A stretch of 64,000 bases of DNA from Eremomyces bilateralis CBS 781.70 (taxonomy: Eukaryota): assembly GCA_010015585.1 (NCBI GenBank), contig ML975149.1; one strand, 5' to 3'. Positions 37,904 through 50,189 of the stretch are shown one piece after another (within the stretch, counting starts at the first letter, position 1; the number at the start of each line of letters is the position of its first letter). The notes under the pieces were generated by a model. The model did no database searches, was not told the origin of the DNA, and saw only the letters and a program-made list of their open reading frames with translations. Made by a program: the position numbers and the translations under genes.

Positions 37904-38916
37904 CTAGTATCGCAGCTTCTCCCGGCTCAACACGTCGCTGTACTCCTCCAACGGACTCCGGAGGAGCTTGGTCTCCTTCCACAGATTGGGCGTAAGGAAG
38001 CCGTAGGTGTTGCTGACGGCCATGAAGGTGGCCTTGAGGGTGTTCTCGAGCGTCTTGGTTGAGCCGGACGACGCGGTGTAGGCGTCCTGGACACCGGCAA
38101 GTTGGAGGAAGCGCTTGACGGCGGGGGATGCGACGAGGCCGGTACCGCGGGGCGCGGGGATGAGCTAGATGAATATCAGATCCTGACTTCCCAAAAATAA
38201 GTTATAGATTTGTACATACCCTGACGGACACACTGCCACACTTTCCGCTCTCCTTGGTCGGGAGCGAGTGAGGCTCTCCGAGGTTGGTGCCCCAGTAGCC
38301 GCGGCGGATGGGGACGACGCTCAGCTTCGCAATGATGATGGCGGCACGGATAGCGGTAGCGACTTCCTTTGAGGTCTTGATTCCGAGACCGACGTGGCCC
38401 TCGGCGTCGCCGATGACGACGATGGCCTTGAATCGCGTTCGCTGACCGGCACGGGTTTGCTTCTGGACGGGTTTGATCTGTGGTGATTCGCGTCAGCTTG
38501 AGTCCCGCAATTTGACAAAAAAAAAAGTCCATCCATCCATCGCAAATTGCTGCGATGGACCGAGTCTATCCACCAGACTCTCTATCAACAACTCAACCCC
38601 AGCCATCCCCAGAACCATCGACAAAGAGAAAACCACTGAAACTCACCTTCATCACCTCATCCTTCAACTTCGGCAGGAACTGATCCACGATCTGATACTC
38701 TTTGATCGGCAAGCTGTGCAGATAGATCTCCTCGATGCTCTTGATCTTCTGCGCCTTCACCAACCGGCCCAGCTTCGTCACCGGCTGCCATTCCTTCTCC
38801 TCGCTCTTCCCGCCGCGTCGGCCACGGCCGCGTCCACGTCCGCGTCCGCGGTCGCCGCCTCGGCCACGGTCGCCACGGCTACCGAAGCCGCCGCCTCGGG
38901 GTGCTGCGTCGGCCAT
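37904..38916 (-). CDS. RPS2: 40S ribosomal protein uS5; exons 38916-38647, 38477-38220, 38164-37904 (probable 5'UTR intron at about 39064-38966)
   Basis: RGG-rich N-terminus, [45 protein letters not shown]. Confidence 0.97.
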
Positions 38917-39187
38917 GATGATTGGGGTTGTCGAAGGTGGGTGGGGTGTCGGATGTGTGGGAGGCCTGGGATTGGGAGATGGGTTAGCTGGGGGCAATTG
39001 GAGATGGGAAATAATGAATTTGGAGGTCCAAGATGATGATTGGGATATGAGTTGGAAAACGTACCTCGACCGGATCGTGCGAATTGCGGGTGGTTGTGTG
39101 GGAGAAACTTGGTGGATTCACGATGTTCGACACGCAGGGAGCGGGTGGAGGTTCTGTGCGAATGCTCGCTTAGGCCGAAATTTGTGG

Positions 39188-39246
39188 TCACGTGATTTGC
39201 AGCTTTAGACCCCTGTCGCTTTCGAGATCTAGATCAATCACGTGAT
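39188..39246. promoter_or_regulatory. Two TCACGTGA E-box palindromes upstream of RPS2
   Basis: TCACGTGA at 39188-39195 and ATCACGTGAT at 39237-39246. Confidence 0.45.
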
Positions 39247-40368
39247 ATGTTACCTGTGGCTGTGCAGCATAACCAACCCAACACTGTAGGAACATGGATT
39301 TAGCATGATGGAACCTGAACGAGCAATTTGGATGCCCACTCTCCAACGAACATGTCGATCTACGTATTCGATTCCTGAGAAATATATATATTCGTGACAA
39401 ATAATCGAACCCAGTGGAGGAAAGCAGCTCAATATCCGACCACACAACTTACCAGCACCACCCCCCCCTTTACACCCCTCCTTCCACAATCAACCCTCTA
39501 CCAATCCATGTTCACATCACCAGGCCGTCTCCAGGCCGTCTCCAGACTCCTTCGAACTCATTGCATTTAGCTTTCGCATTGCTAGCTCCCCTCCCATCGC
39601 GCCAACCTAACTGACCAGATCCCGATCCCGTGCGTGTCGAGCGTTGCGGATATCTGCAAACTCCAAATGTGTGTCTAAGTAGGTACCCCCAAAAAGAAAC
39701 CGTAGATCCCCCCGTGTACCATCCTACGGCCCGTCCCCGGTCCGGATATCGGGCGCTGCCGGACGCGGCTGGTTGCGATTGCCCGGAAAGTCGGGAAGGG
39801 GGGTTTGGCCGTGTGCCGTACGCGTCGAGGAGGAGAGTTGGACCAACGCCGGATTTTCGCCGAAAAAGAAGGGTTCAACCGCTCGGGGTTGGGTTGGGGG
39901 AAGCATCGAGTGATCTCACCATGGCCGAATCGCCAAGATGTGACGAAATCGGCCCAACGAGAGCCGTGATGGCGATGACTCTACTCGGTGAAAACTGCAA
40001 GCTATTAAAGGAGAAAGGACGGAGCAGAGCGCTGAACGGCGGATGATAAAGCTAAAGAATTCCAAGCGATCTCAACCGAGTCGTGCTACCTCCGACATCT
40101 TTTTAAGGTAGTGTAGTAAATATTCGTAAAGGAAGTGGTTCGTTGGTGGCGTGTCGGCCGACCGATTGCGTGGCCGTTGCGACGTTGTGGAAGAGTGGAG
40201 AAAGGCGAACATGTATAAGTCGATCAGAGGAGATCTCGAATGCTGCCGCATTGCGCGAGGCACAATCGCTCGTCCGCGGTGTTACCCGCGGGAAACATGG
40301 CAGAATAGTCCCGATGATCCGAGATACGGTTGCAGAGGTGCGGGGAAAATAAACGCGGATTGTCGCGA

Positions 40369-42081
40369 TTACACGCTTCGTGGGTTGTATTGGGCAGGCT
40401 ATTCCAGAGTTAGCACCAAATCAAGAGGTTGAAGAGGGAGTGCGTCGCATACCGGACTGTTGAGCATGTTCGCTCGCCGGTTGCGACCTTTTTTAATGTG
40501 GCTTTTCAACGCCGAGGAATCGAGCGGCTTGAGCAGCTCGAAGGAGCAAAGCAACGCGTCGTTGACGGACATGACGGCGCCCCAATTATCGAACTCGCCG
40601 CAGTACTAGAGCAAATTAGATGGTGGAGCAGGTGGAGAGGTTGGGGGACATACATTTGGTGCGGAGAACACCGTGACGAGAATCCTTTCAGTGAAGAACT
40701 CATACCCATCTTCAACCACCATGTGCGCGCGACACACGAGATCGAAATCATGTCGTGCCAGGAACTCCATGATGACCTTCTTCCCAAAACAGTAGCTCAC
40801 CCCCCGCTCATTCGCCTCCCAATCGTTATCCATGTCCGCAGGATCCGACCACAGCAGATCGTTCAGCAAGCCGTAGTCCGGCACGTCGGTGGGACGGGCG
40901 ATCTGTCGGATGTCGTCCATGTGCGACAGGCTGGGCGACAGGCCGCCGTGCACGCAGAAGATCTTCCCGGCGACGATGGCGGCGATGGGGAGTGTGTTGA
41001 AGGTGTCGACAAAGGCCTTCCAGATCTTCACGTTGCAGCGGCGCTTGCACTCGTCATAGAAGCCGTAGACGCGGGTGACGTTGGCACATTCGTGGTTGCC
41101 GCGCAGGAGGAAGAAGTTCTCGGGGAACTTCAGCTTGTAGCAGAGTAATAGCAGGATCGTCTCGAGGCTTTGTTTGCCGCGGTCGACGTAGTCCCCCAGG
41201 AATAGGAAGTTGGCTTCCGGAGGGAACCCGCACATCTCGAACATCCGGATCAGATCCGTGTATTGCCCGTGCACGTCGCCGACGATCTTGACCGGGGCCT
41301 TCAGCTCGAGCAACGCCGGCTGCGACATGAACACCTCGCGCGCCGCCGCGCAGATGGCGAAGATCTCCGCGTTGCGGAGGCAGACGGTCTTGGTGACCTT
41401 CCCGGCATACGCGGCGTCCAGCAGCCGCGAGATCATGTCGTCGAGGTTCAGATCTTTCGCTGCGGACAGCTCCATGGTCGAAGGGGAGCCTTCGTGTTCT
41501 TTGTCGGCCTCCGGGGCGCGCGGGATCGGGGAGTCGGATTTTTCGAGGATCGACGGCTTCGGCAGGGCGGTGGTGGCGTGCGGACGGACGCCTTTCGGCG
41601 GAGCGTCGGACACGAGTTCAACTTCGCCAGATTTCCGCGCAAGTTCGACGTCGTGGTGTCCGTTGTCTATGGAAGTCGACATGGTTGGGGACGGCGGAGG
41701 GAGCGGACCGTCGGCGGCTGCGCGCATCTGGGCGGTGTCCATGGGCTCCGTCTCCGAGGAAACGGAGCTGGGACGACCGGAGCGAGCGCCATTGGATTTG
41801 ATGCTGGCGGCAGATTTCAACGAGGCGGAATCGGATCGATCGACGGCGGCGGAGCCGATGCTGGAAGAAAGTTCGGCGGTGGATCCGCGAGGGCTATCGG
41901 TCTTGTTGACGCCGGGGATCTTGGATCGGAGGGAACTTCGAATGGAGCGAGTGGATTCCTTATCGCTTTTTGCAATGGATGGATAGGAATCAAGCGCCGG
42001 GCTTAGCGCATCATCGCCGTTGGAAGACGAAGGTTTGGGGGAGCTGTCGGACCTGCCCCCTTTGGAAGGCTGATTTCCCAT
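40369..42081 (-). CDS. PPZ1: Ser/Thr protein phosphatase Z (PPZ, PP1-related); exons 42081-40654, 40605-40453, 40398-40369
   Basis: MGNQPSK myristoylation start, Ser-rich N-terminal extension, [32 protein letters not shown]. Confidence 0.93.
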
Positions 42082-44087
42082 GACCAAGGCTCGTATAACC
42101 GGTGTTTGTACCCCTTCGGCGATGGACAGCGGGTGTGATATCCGATGGCGTGTCTTCCGATTGTATGTGGTCTCGTCGGCAACAGAGCGCGGAGAATGTA
42201 TGGGTCAAAGAATGACTGAACGTGAAGAAAGTTGGTTGGGAGGTAGTGCCGGTTGGCCTGTCTCAATCCACAACCACCGTCTCGTTCGGTATTAGGGAGG
42301 TCGGAAGAGTCGCGAGAGAAAGAAGAGGCAATGAGACTCGATCGAGGCTTGCGCAGTGGTTTGTCGCGGGCCAGTCCTCAGATAGGCAGTATGGAGCGAG
42401 GGATCGGGGGTTGGGAAGCGGTCACGATGATGTCGAGCCAGATTCGGTAGTAGTGAAGCAGCTACTGCGTGCCGTTAAATTCCTTGTGCATCCGAAGACT
42501 AAAGCTGTCACGATGTCCAAGCTCGACTCGAAGTCCGGGCGAGGGAATAGAGCGAGTGATGTCCGTATTTACGAGGTTTGGGCAGAAAATGTGTGATAGA
42601 CCACGGCAACTCGCGGGAGGCGACGGGGAGACCGGGGGGCAGCAAGGCAAGCTGGAGGAGATACTGGAGAATCTACGGGGCTCCAAAAGTGCAGATAATT
42701 GGGATGGAAGATGGAAGCCGTCTGGATCGGAGAGGAACTGAGGAGAAGCACTTGATGAGATGGTAACAGTCGAGAGTCGAGTGTTAATGGAGAGAGTTGA
42801 CTAGGGAAGAAAGTTGATGACAGTTGATCGGATCCTCGTTGATCGGCGACGATGAAGAGTTGCTACGGAGGGAAGAATGCTAGCGGCCTTCTCTATCTGG
42901 GGCCAAGACTAAAGGGGAGGGGAAGGGGTTGCTGGCGCTGTTACTGGGTTGTTGGAGTGTTCCGTAGTGATGTGAGGGGCACGCGTCGCCCAATGGACCT
43001 CCCTGCGTGCGTATCGGGGGCAATTCCCTTCCCTAACCCCCTCCTTATCTTACTAAGACATGCGACAGATTGAGCCGCGTGGGGGGGGATGTGCAGGTGA
43101 AGGTGCAGGCGAAGGGGGGGATTGGCGGGACATTGGGGGCTGGGGGTGATATCCGAAGTCCGAAGCAGCTGAACAGCAAGTCGTTCTTTGAAGTCTCTGA
43201 TAACACCAGCTCTCCGATATATCCATCGCAATGGAAAATCCTCCGAAATAAGGACGAGGGTTCAAGACGCTTCTGGGTGGGACAGTGGGAGGCCAAGCAG
43301 CGCCTAGAACGTGGTGTGCTCCCTCCTGGTCAAGCTACCGCTGGAGGTCATCGTCCTGTTCTCGAATGGTTGGGCCAGACTAGAGAGGAGGATAAGATAA
43401 TTTGTCCATGTTATCTGACAACGATAACTCGGGATTCCAAGGATGATAATGAATGCATCCAATCCATATCCTCTCCTTCACCGGTGTGAATGCGCCTAGT
43501 ACAATGGCACATATGTGAAATGGCCAATGTCGGAATGTGGTTTCAAGGAGTTGTCTCTTTATGCATATCTTTCCACCTCGGATGCGAGGATGAACCTGCA
43601 TAAAGAGTTGAAGACATCGATTGAAGGAAATCCATTTCCCTAAAACATATCACAGCCTTCCCTGCCTTAATTCAATGGATTAACAGCCAAAATGGGCTCC
43701 TTGATCAACTCAAGCGGTGGCTTGTGGACCAGGCAGTTAATATAAAGATACGCACCCTGCCAACACAATCGGCAAGTTTTCATCTCCACCTTGATAACCA
43801 ACAATATACAATATCTTCTACCATTTTTTGGGAGTACTAACCATTGGGTTCTAGAGCGATGTTTCCTACTGTCCTACACATTGTTTGGTCTCTAGCAGAG
43901 TCATGGTTCTCAGGGTTCAGACATTCGAGTTATGATTTACGTTAACACTGATTTGCCTCACAACCTGCATGCTTTTTGATCCCCATCTCCCCCAATACAA
44001 GAACAGAAGTCTCCTTCTCATCCTTTCCTTCCTCAATTTAGTCACGTTTCCTCTTTCCTCCCCTTACTATATCTCCATCCAAGCATC

Positions 44088-44642
44088 TCACGCCCCAGCC
44101 GCCGCCGCTGGCGCATCCGTCCCGAACTGCGCCGCCGCCTTATCGAACAACGACGTGATCGCCCCCACCGCCCGCCCCGCAAACTGGCTTGCAATGCTCG
44201 GCAAGTTCCCAATGATCGCCTCCACGTACTTCGTCGTCCCTGCCTGCTGCGCGTCCAACTGCGCCAGCACCTCGTCCACCCGCCCCGACGCCACGATCAC
44301 ATCCTTCTTCAGCAACAGGTCGCTCAGCGTCTTGTTCGCCGCGCCGGTCAGCGCCTGCGAGCCTTCCGCGAGGGCGAGCGCGCCGGACAGCTCCGTCTTG
44401 GGGGAGGCGGCGACCTTGGTGGCGCCGGATTCAAGGGCGGCGACGACGGCTTGGGAAAGGGTGTCCATTTGGTCGAGTTGGGTGGCGACGTTTTCGGCGG
44501 TGAGGGCGACGATCGCGACGTCGAGTTCGTTGAGGGCCGCGGTGATGGCTTTGCCGGTGACGGAGATAGTGTCGGGGTCGCGCTTGACGGGGGAGGCAAG
44601 GGTGAGACCGAGGACGGCGGAGAGGATGGCGAGGAGCTTCAT
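44088..44642 (-). CDS. Secreted HsbA / cell-wall mannoprotein-like protein
   Basis: Signal peptide MKLLAILSAVLGLTLA, SPVKR Kex2 site, Ala/Leu-rich helical body, no Cys; TATAAA about 85 bp upstream. Confidence 0.7.
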   Translation of the reverse strand: MKLLAILSAVLGLTLASPVKRDPDTISVTGKAITAALNELDVAIVALTAENVATQLDQMDTLSQAVVAALESGATKVAASPKTELSGALALAEGSQALTGAANKTLSDLLLKKDVIVASGRVDEVLAQLDAQQAGTTKYVEAIIGNLPSIASQFAGRAVGAITSLFDKAAAQFGTDAPAAAAGA

Positions 44643-46292
44643 GGTGGTGGTTGGTGCAGTGGAGCGAGGGACTGGCTCTGTGGGGGAAGGTCAGTTAGGG
44701 GTTGATGGAAGGGTGGAGTATCTTTACTTTATAAAGAGCGTGGCGCGGAAGCTGGTATCAGATCAGTGGACGAATGCTGGAGGAGTAGTGTTCGGCAATG
44801 ATGCGATCATAGGTGAATTTATATACTTGACTCCCCTCAACGCCCCTCTTCTCCGGCGACTTCCCTTCTCCACGATCTCCGGACCCAAACCTGTCTGATC
44901 GAGCAGAATCACATGCCCCCCTCGTCTATCTCGTCATTTAGCGCAATCAGCCCTCGCTCACGTCGTCATCTTCCCCAAATTGTCCGAAATATTGGTTCGA
45001 TATAAGCCATATTGCTCGCCCTAATTGCTTCCAAGAGCGCCCACTCTTAGTCCTCGTGCTTACTATACACTTCGATATCAATCATTGATCAATGCCGAAT
45101 GTATCTCAAACATCAGACTACTTCGCCCGGCCTTGAGTGCTCGACGTACCCTACTGTTGATGTAATAACAATTCCCCATCCCCTCTTTCCCCAGATGCTA
45201 AGCAAAGCTTGCGCCCCTCAAGCTTTGCAAATGCAGCGATCAGCCAATCGAGTGGGGTATATATATTTGGACCTCCCACTACCCCAGATATTGACCTCGA
45301 AAAGTCCGCTGCGCCGAAAGGAATCCCTCGCCGAAAGACGTTTCATCTGACAATAGACACCATGGAACAAGCCCTCAGATATCATCAATGTAACTTCGCA
45401 TTCTCAGGGCACGCTTCCCTCCACAGGACTATTGGAATCGTGGCATCAGCCACCGGAATGATGTGCTAGCCGAATCAAGTAGTAAAGAGCAATGTCGTCG
45501 AATCTAACTCGACATGCGCGGAGATCCAATAATCGCGTTCGGGACGCCTTGGCGTTTGTGGTTGATTGACGTCCCAATAGCTACAGATTGCGTAAAGTAT
45601 TGGGCGCCAATTAGTAGAATATCGATGGCCTGCACCAATGGCAGAGAAAGGGCCGGAGAATTAGCTGAAGGGTCGAAAAGTTATTACCGCGACTGAATAG
45701 CGACGTATAGTTGAAGTCCTTCATGCTGAGAGCATATCCAGGATCAGGGACTCTTAGAGCGGAGCACAAACCACGAAAGGCCTAGAACGCGATATACGAA
45801 TTTCCAGCGCCCTCCGCAAACGAAGGTTTATATTCATGAGCGAATTTTGTATTAGAATACATTGATCGGCGTCCCAATCGCGCCCCCCCCCCCCCTAGCA
45901 ATAGGGCAAATCCCCGCTAACTAGAAGAGCGATATATACCGACGCCCGGCCCTGCTCTACCCAAGCCCCCCAAGCTCCCCTGAACGATCCGATGCTCATG
46001 TGCGATTGATGAAGCCTCATCACGTCTCCACCGAATTTGGGAAAGGTCCCAAATTCCATGCTGCTCACGTGTCGCGTGCGCCCACCGTCCCGATTCCAAC
46101 CCTCCGACCCCACTCTCTCGAAAAGGAGAGCCGGGCACCATCCGGTCGAACCGCCGCGACCGACCGTCAGCGACTGACCAGCGTTACCGACCGCATATTG
46201 CCCTACCGCGGGATCGCAGCTCATCGCGTCATCATCGTGATCTTCAACAAACCGCCGTCAGCCAAACTTGCGTGAAAAATCGCGGACAAACC

Positions 46293-49200
46293 CTAGAAGC
46301 TTCCCACATCCAGCCACGCCTCCACGAACCCCAGCGCCTTCCCCTGCGGACCGCACATGAAGTCCTCAAACTCGCAGTAGCTGAGCCGCCCCGGGCCGCC
46401 GCGCTCCGCGACTTCGCGGTCGATTTGGTCGAGGTAGGCGAGGCGCTGAAGGCGGGAATCGTCGGGGGGAGATTCGAGGGTGCGCTTGTAGGAGGAGACG
46501 TAGGCATCGTAGGAGGCTTTGGAGACGATGGTGCCTTCGATGGCGTAGAGGGGGTTGGCACTCGTGGGGACGGAGTTGGAGGGGTCGGTGGCGGGTGAGG
46601 GTGGGAGTGGGGCGGCGGTGGCAGCGGTGTCGTCAGGGGGATGGATGGTCGTGGTGGGAGGGATAGGAGGGGTCGGATCGTTGGAGGTGTCTGCGGGCGA
46701 GGTGCTGGCGACCCAGTTGAGGATGTCACCGCTGGAGTTCGGGCGGAATTGCGGCATGGTAGGATCCACGGCGACGACTTCGGGGGTTTCCCGAGGAGGG
46801 AGCTCAACTTCCGTAATCGTGGTTTCTCCTAGATGTGTGTCCTTACTCTTGCCCTTCGATTTTTCACCGGGGCCTGGTTGCTCTGTTGAAGCCTTGTCAG
46901 TGGCTTTTGACGGTGACGAAGATCGTGCAGGTGGTTTGGGGCCGTGGGCAGTGCCGTTTTGAAGTGATGTTGTCCCCTCGCTCTTGTCTTGTTCGACACT
47001 ATTGGGTACCCGGGTTTCAACTCGAACAGGACCATTGGGAGTGCTGGCCTGATCTAAGGATGTTCCTTTATCATCTTCTTTGATTGATGACTTCGATGAC
47101 TCTCCATTGGTGAGTGTATGTGATAGCACAGCGCACCCATTGCCCGAGTGGGCACCCTCCTCATTACCTGGGATGGCCTCGACCCCGTAGCCCGATTTTT
47201 CCAAAAGCTCCTGCAGTGGGGCGTTCAAGATATGTTCCTCCACTTCCAGCACTGCCGACTCGACTTTGCCCTTCCCTTTTTCGTCATTCACTGGCGCCTC
47301 ATCAGTATCCGGGGCTTCGCTCGGCTCATTTTCGTCCGCCTCGTCATCAAACATGTTCGCCATGAAATCCATCGATTCATCCAGTATCCGCTCCCTACGA
47401 TTAACGAACTCGTCAATCTCCTTCCGCCACCGCTGCCGTTCTCCAGCCGATCGGGTCATTTCCAGCGCCAAATTCTCCTTACCGAAAAACAAAGGGTTGA
47501 GAAGCTCGTTCAACCCCTGTTGGGTCACCTGGTACAGCACGTCTTTGCCAAGGTCCTGCTCCGGTTCGGGGATCTCATAGCCACCCCATCTCTCGCCTAA
47601 GGGTCGAGATGACGTCGAGCAATTGGATCGGGTTTCGATTTCCGGATCGTCTCGAAATCGAACTTTCGACGATGAACGGGAATGGGGTGTCATGGGTTGC
47701 GAACCTCCGAGGGCGTCTCCTTGAGGGGGCATATTCTGCGCATACAACCGGGTATCATAATCCCGCAAATCCGTTGAATCGTCCTTAGGTTCCCAATGTA
47801 TGAAGTGGTCGGGTTCCTCCATGCCTTCCTCGACATCCGTATAAAACTCACGACGACGCCAACGTTCTTCTACGATTCGATGTTCCTCCATGACTTCGCG
47901 ATCAATAGGAAATCTCGCCAGATCAATATCATCCCACTCCCATCCATCGAAAATCGGGTCCTCTAAATCTCGCGAGGCGTAGAGGACAGCCGCACGGTGG
48001 TCCGTCTCGATCGTGTCCTCGCGAACGACGGAACTATTTTCATCTTTCTGACTGGGTCGGCCTTGATTCGAGGGGAAATTGATGTCAGTGAAGACCGAGC
48101 TGAGAGGTTGACTGCCTCGTATTATTTCCATATTGGCGGCGAGTGAGACATCTTCTTCGCTAACCAATAGGCAATTCTTTGTAACCTCTCGTTGAATGGC
48201 GTAGTAGGCACGGAACATGCGGAGGAAATCCCTACGACCGATGAAGCCATCCGAGTCCATGTCGTATCCTCTGAAAATCTTTCGAATCTTGCTCGGTGTG
48301 TCCATCTTTTTGTGCAAGGTTTCCAACCCTAGTATGAACTCCTCAAAATCAATCAGTCCATCGCGGTTGGTATCGTAGAAATCGAACAGACGATCGAAAA
48401 TCAAGTTCGGCCGAGGAGGGTTGACAGAAGTACCAGGAACAAAGGCTTTGTCAAATGCTTCCCGATCGATGGCGGCCATGACCTTGCTCGGATCTGATTT
48501 GTGCCTCCGGTTCGCTAGGCATGTAAACTGGTCGTAAAGCGCATCGATCTCGGATCCCTCGTACCACGTCTCCTTCGATAACTTCTTTCGCGCGGCTTTT
48601 GGAATTTGTCGTGGCATGAGCTCGGGTTTCCCGGGTAACATGATCGGCAAGCCTTGCCGCGGAGGACTTAGGTAGGGGATAGGAATCTTGACTTTGAAGA
48701 AAATGTGGGTTTTGTCATGTACTCCCATCGCCTCGCAATCGGTACAAAGGTCGAAGTCCGCGCAGTTTGCACATCGCCATCGGACGCCCCGGATGGGTTT
48801 CACCTCGCAGCTGTTGCACTGGATTCCTCGATGGATGTACCCTTCGTTCTTGGCTTGCTCCTCCGCGATGTAGTACAGCATGCTCTTCAAATTTTGCCCC
48901 TCAACTCTCTGTTCTCTTTGCTCCTCTACCGTTGCCGCGTCGTCCGCTGTGTGAAAGGACATCTCCGTGCCTGCCACAGTCTCCCCAGCCGCGTCTGTTT
49001 GCCCATCCACCTGGGCCGGGTCACTCGGGAAAGGCGGGAGGCGGTCGATGTTGCGGATGAAGATCTGCATGCAGTGACGCGATTGACTTTGGGTCAGACC
49101 ATGCGCTCGTATAAAGTTTATGGCTGCATTGTAACGCCCTTCGCTAACGGCCGAGGGCCATTGTAGGACGCGATAGACATGGACCATTCCCCAGGCGGTA

Positions 49201-49649
49201 TAATACAACTCCCATGCATGTGCCAGAGCATCTTCCGTAGGATCCGGTTGCCCAGCATCTCGAAGACTGTCACGGGCAGAGTCCACCAATGCGCGCCATA
49301 TAGGCGGATTCTCAACACTAAAGTCGACGGTATACTCATGACTTCGGCCGCCTGGAGCGATCAGGAGCTTTGAATTGTCCAGGTACATGAACTCGCCATG
49401 TTCAGTGGTGAAGCGGACATTTAACGGCGGTCTTTGTGACGGGGTGGTGACCCAGGATTGATTATTGGGGGGGGTCGGAATGCTGGTTGGTCGGCGGCGG
49501 CGATGAACGGCGTTGCTTCGTCGAAGTGGAGCGGAAGGAGGGTGTGCTAATGAGTTGTAGATAGCGTAAAGTCCATAGCTCGCAGCCGCTCCGGTTATTA
49601 TGTAGATGATGGGTCGGAATCGAGAAAGCGACTCGTTGGAAGTGGCCAT
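46293..49649 (-). CDS. ZZ-type zinc finger and EF-hand protein with an N-terminal TM anchor
   Basis: HRGIQCNSC...RWRCANCADFDLCTDC...HDKTH (ZZ); DTNRDGLIDFEEF and DMDSDGFIGRRDF (EF-hands); intronless ORF, likely start MATSNE. Confidence 0.9.
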   Translation of the reverse strand: MATSNESLSRFRPIIYIITGAAASYGLYAIYNSLAHPPSAPLRRSNAVHRRRRPTSIPTPPNNQSWVTTPSQRPPLNVRFTTEHGEFMYLDNSKLLIAPGGRSHEYTVDFSVENPPIWRALVDSARDSLRDAGQPDPTEDALAHAWELYYTAWGMVHVYRVLQWPSAVSEGRYNAAINFIRAHGLTQSQSRHCMQIFIRNIDRLPPFPSDPAQVDGQTDAAGETVAGTEMSFHTADDAATVEEQREQRVEGQNLKSMLYYIAEEQAKNEGYIHRGIQCNSCEVKPIRGVRWRCANCADFDLCTDCEAMGVHDKTHIFFKVKIPIPYLSPPRQGLPIMLPGKPELMPRQIPKAARKKLSKETWYEGSEIDALYDQFTCLANRRHKSDPSKVMAAIDREAFDKAFVPGTSVNPPRPNLIFDRLFDFYDTNRDGLIDFEEFILGLETLHKKMDTPSKIRKIFRGYDMDSDGFIGRRDFLRMFRAYYAIQREVTKNCLLVSEEDVSLAANMEIIRGSQPLSSVFTDINFPSNQGRPSQKDENSSVVREDTIETDHRAAVLYASRDLEDPIFDGWEWDDIDLARFPIDREVMEEHRIVEERWRRREFYTDVEEGMEEPDHFIHWEPKDDSTDLRDYDTRLYAQNMPPQGDALGGSQPMTPHSRSSSKVRFRDDPEIETRSNCSTSSRPLGERWGGYEIPEPEQDLGKDVLYQVTQQGLNELLNPLFFGKENLALEMTRSAGERQRWRKEIDEFVNRRERILDESMDFMANMFDDEADENEPSEAPDTDEAPVNDEKGKGKVESAVLEVEEHILNAPLQELLEKSGYGVEAIPGNEEGAHSGNGCAVLSHTLTNGESSKSSIKEDDKGTSLDQASTPNGPVRVETRVPNSVEQDKSEGTTSLQNGTAHGPKPPARSSSPSKATDKASTEQPGPGEKSKGKSKDTHLGETTITEVELPPRETPEVVAVDPTMPQFRPNSSGDILNWVASTSPADTSNDPTPPIPPTTTIHPPDDTAATAAPLPPSPATDPSNSVPTSANPLYAIEGTIVSKASYDAYVSSYKRTLESPPDDSRLQRLAYLDQIDREVAERGGPGRLSYCEFEDFMCGPQGKALGFVEAWLDVGSF

Positions 49650-49930
49650 GTTGTCCGAGAGTAAGGAGCCTTGGATGCTCGCATGTCGGAAGGTTACCTC
49701 ATACACATGTTGAGTTTATAGAAGCCAGGATGCGTAGAAACAATGATCGGTCTCAAACAATAGCTAGTCGTTTCTCTCCGCCAGAGGGATTCAGCGAGAG
49801 TAGGTTCGTATGGGTTATGTGAGAGTATTGACAGTTTTCATGAAGATTATTTACGAGTTACAACACGAAGTCACGTAGTCAGCAGTCACGACGTCGGCGC
49901 AGTTGCGGATCAGGACTGGATCAGGATCGC

Positions 49931-49958
49931 GCCACAAGGCCACAAGGCCACAAGGCCA
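49931..49958 (+). repeat. 8-bp tandem repeat (GCCACAAG) x3.5 upstream of the ZZ/EF-hand gene
   Basis: gccacaaggccacaaggccacaaggcca. Confidence 0.85.
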
Positions 49959-50189
49959 TATCTCTTCCGCCGTCCATACATGTCCGCCTGTCAGTCTGGT
50001 TACTGATATCAGTGGCCTGATTGCTTCCGACTTGCCCTTCTTACCAGCAATTCATTACCATGGTAAGTCTCGAAATTGAGCCGAAGCAATGCAGCCAGCA
50101 GCCTCTGCTCATATTATATGAGAACAAATTCCATGCATGTTAATGTATCGTATGAGTAGTAACTAGCCTACCCAAGTTCCACCCAGACT

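Noticed and set aside
39630..40050. GC-rich stretch between the RPS2 promoter and the PPZ 3' end, considered as an ncRNA (RNase P/MRP, telomerase RNA)
   Set aside because: No diagnostic motif or telomeric template recognised; probably UTR or intergenic. An Rfam scan would be needed.
40470..40500. Suspected frameshift in the PPZ C-terminus at an A-run
   Set aside because: Six A's give [16 protein letters not shown] in frame, followed by a normal intron.
43969..44898. 309-aa plus-strand ORF
   Set aside because: Antisense shadow of the HsbA-like gene, which has the signal peptide and TATA box.
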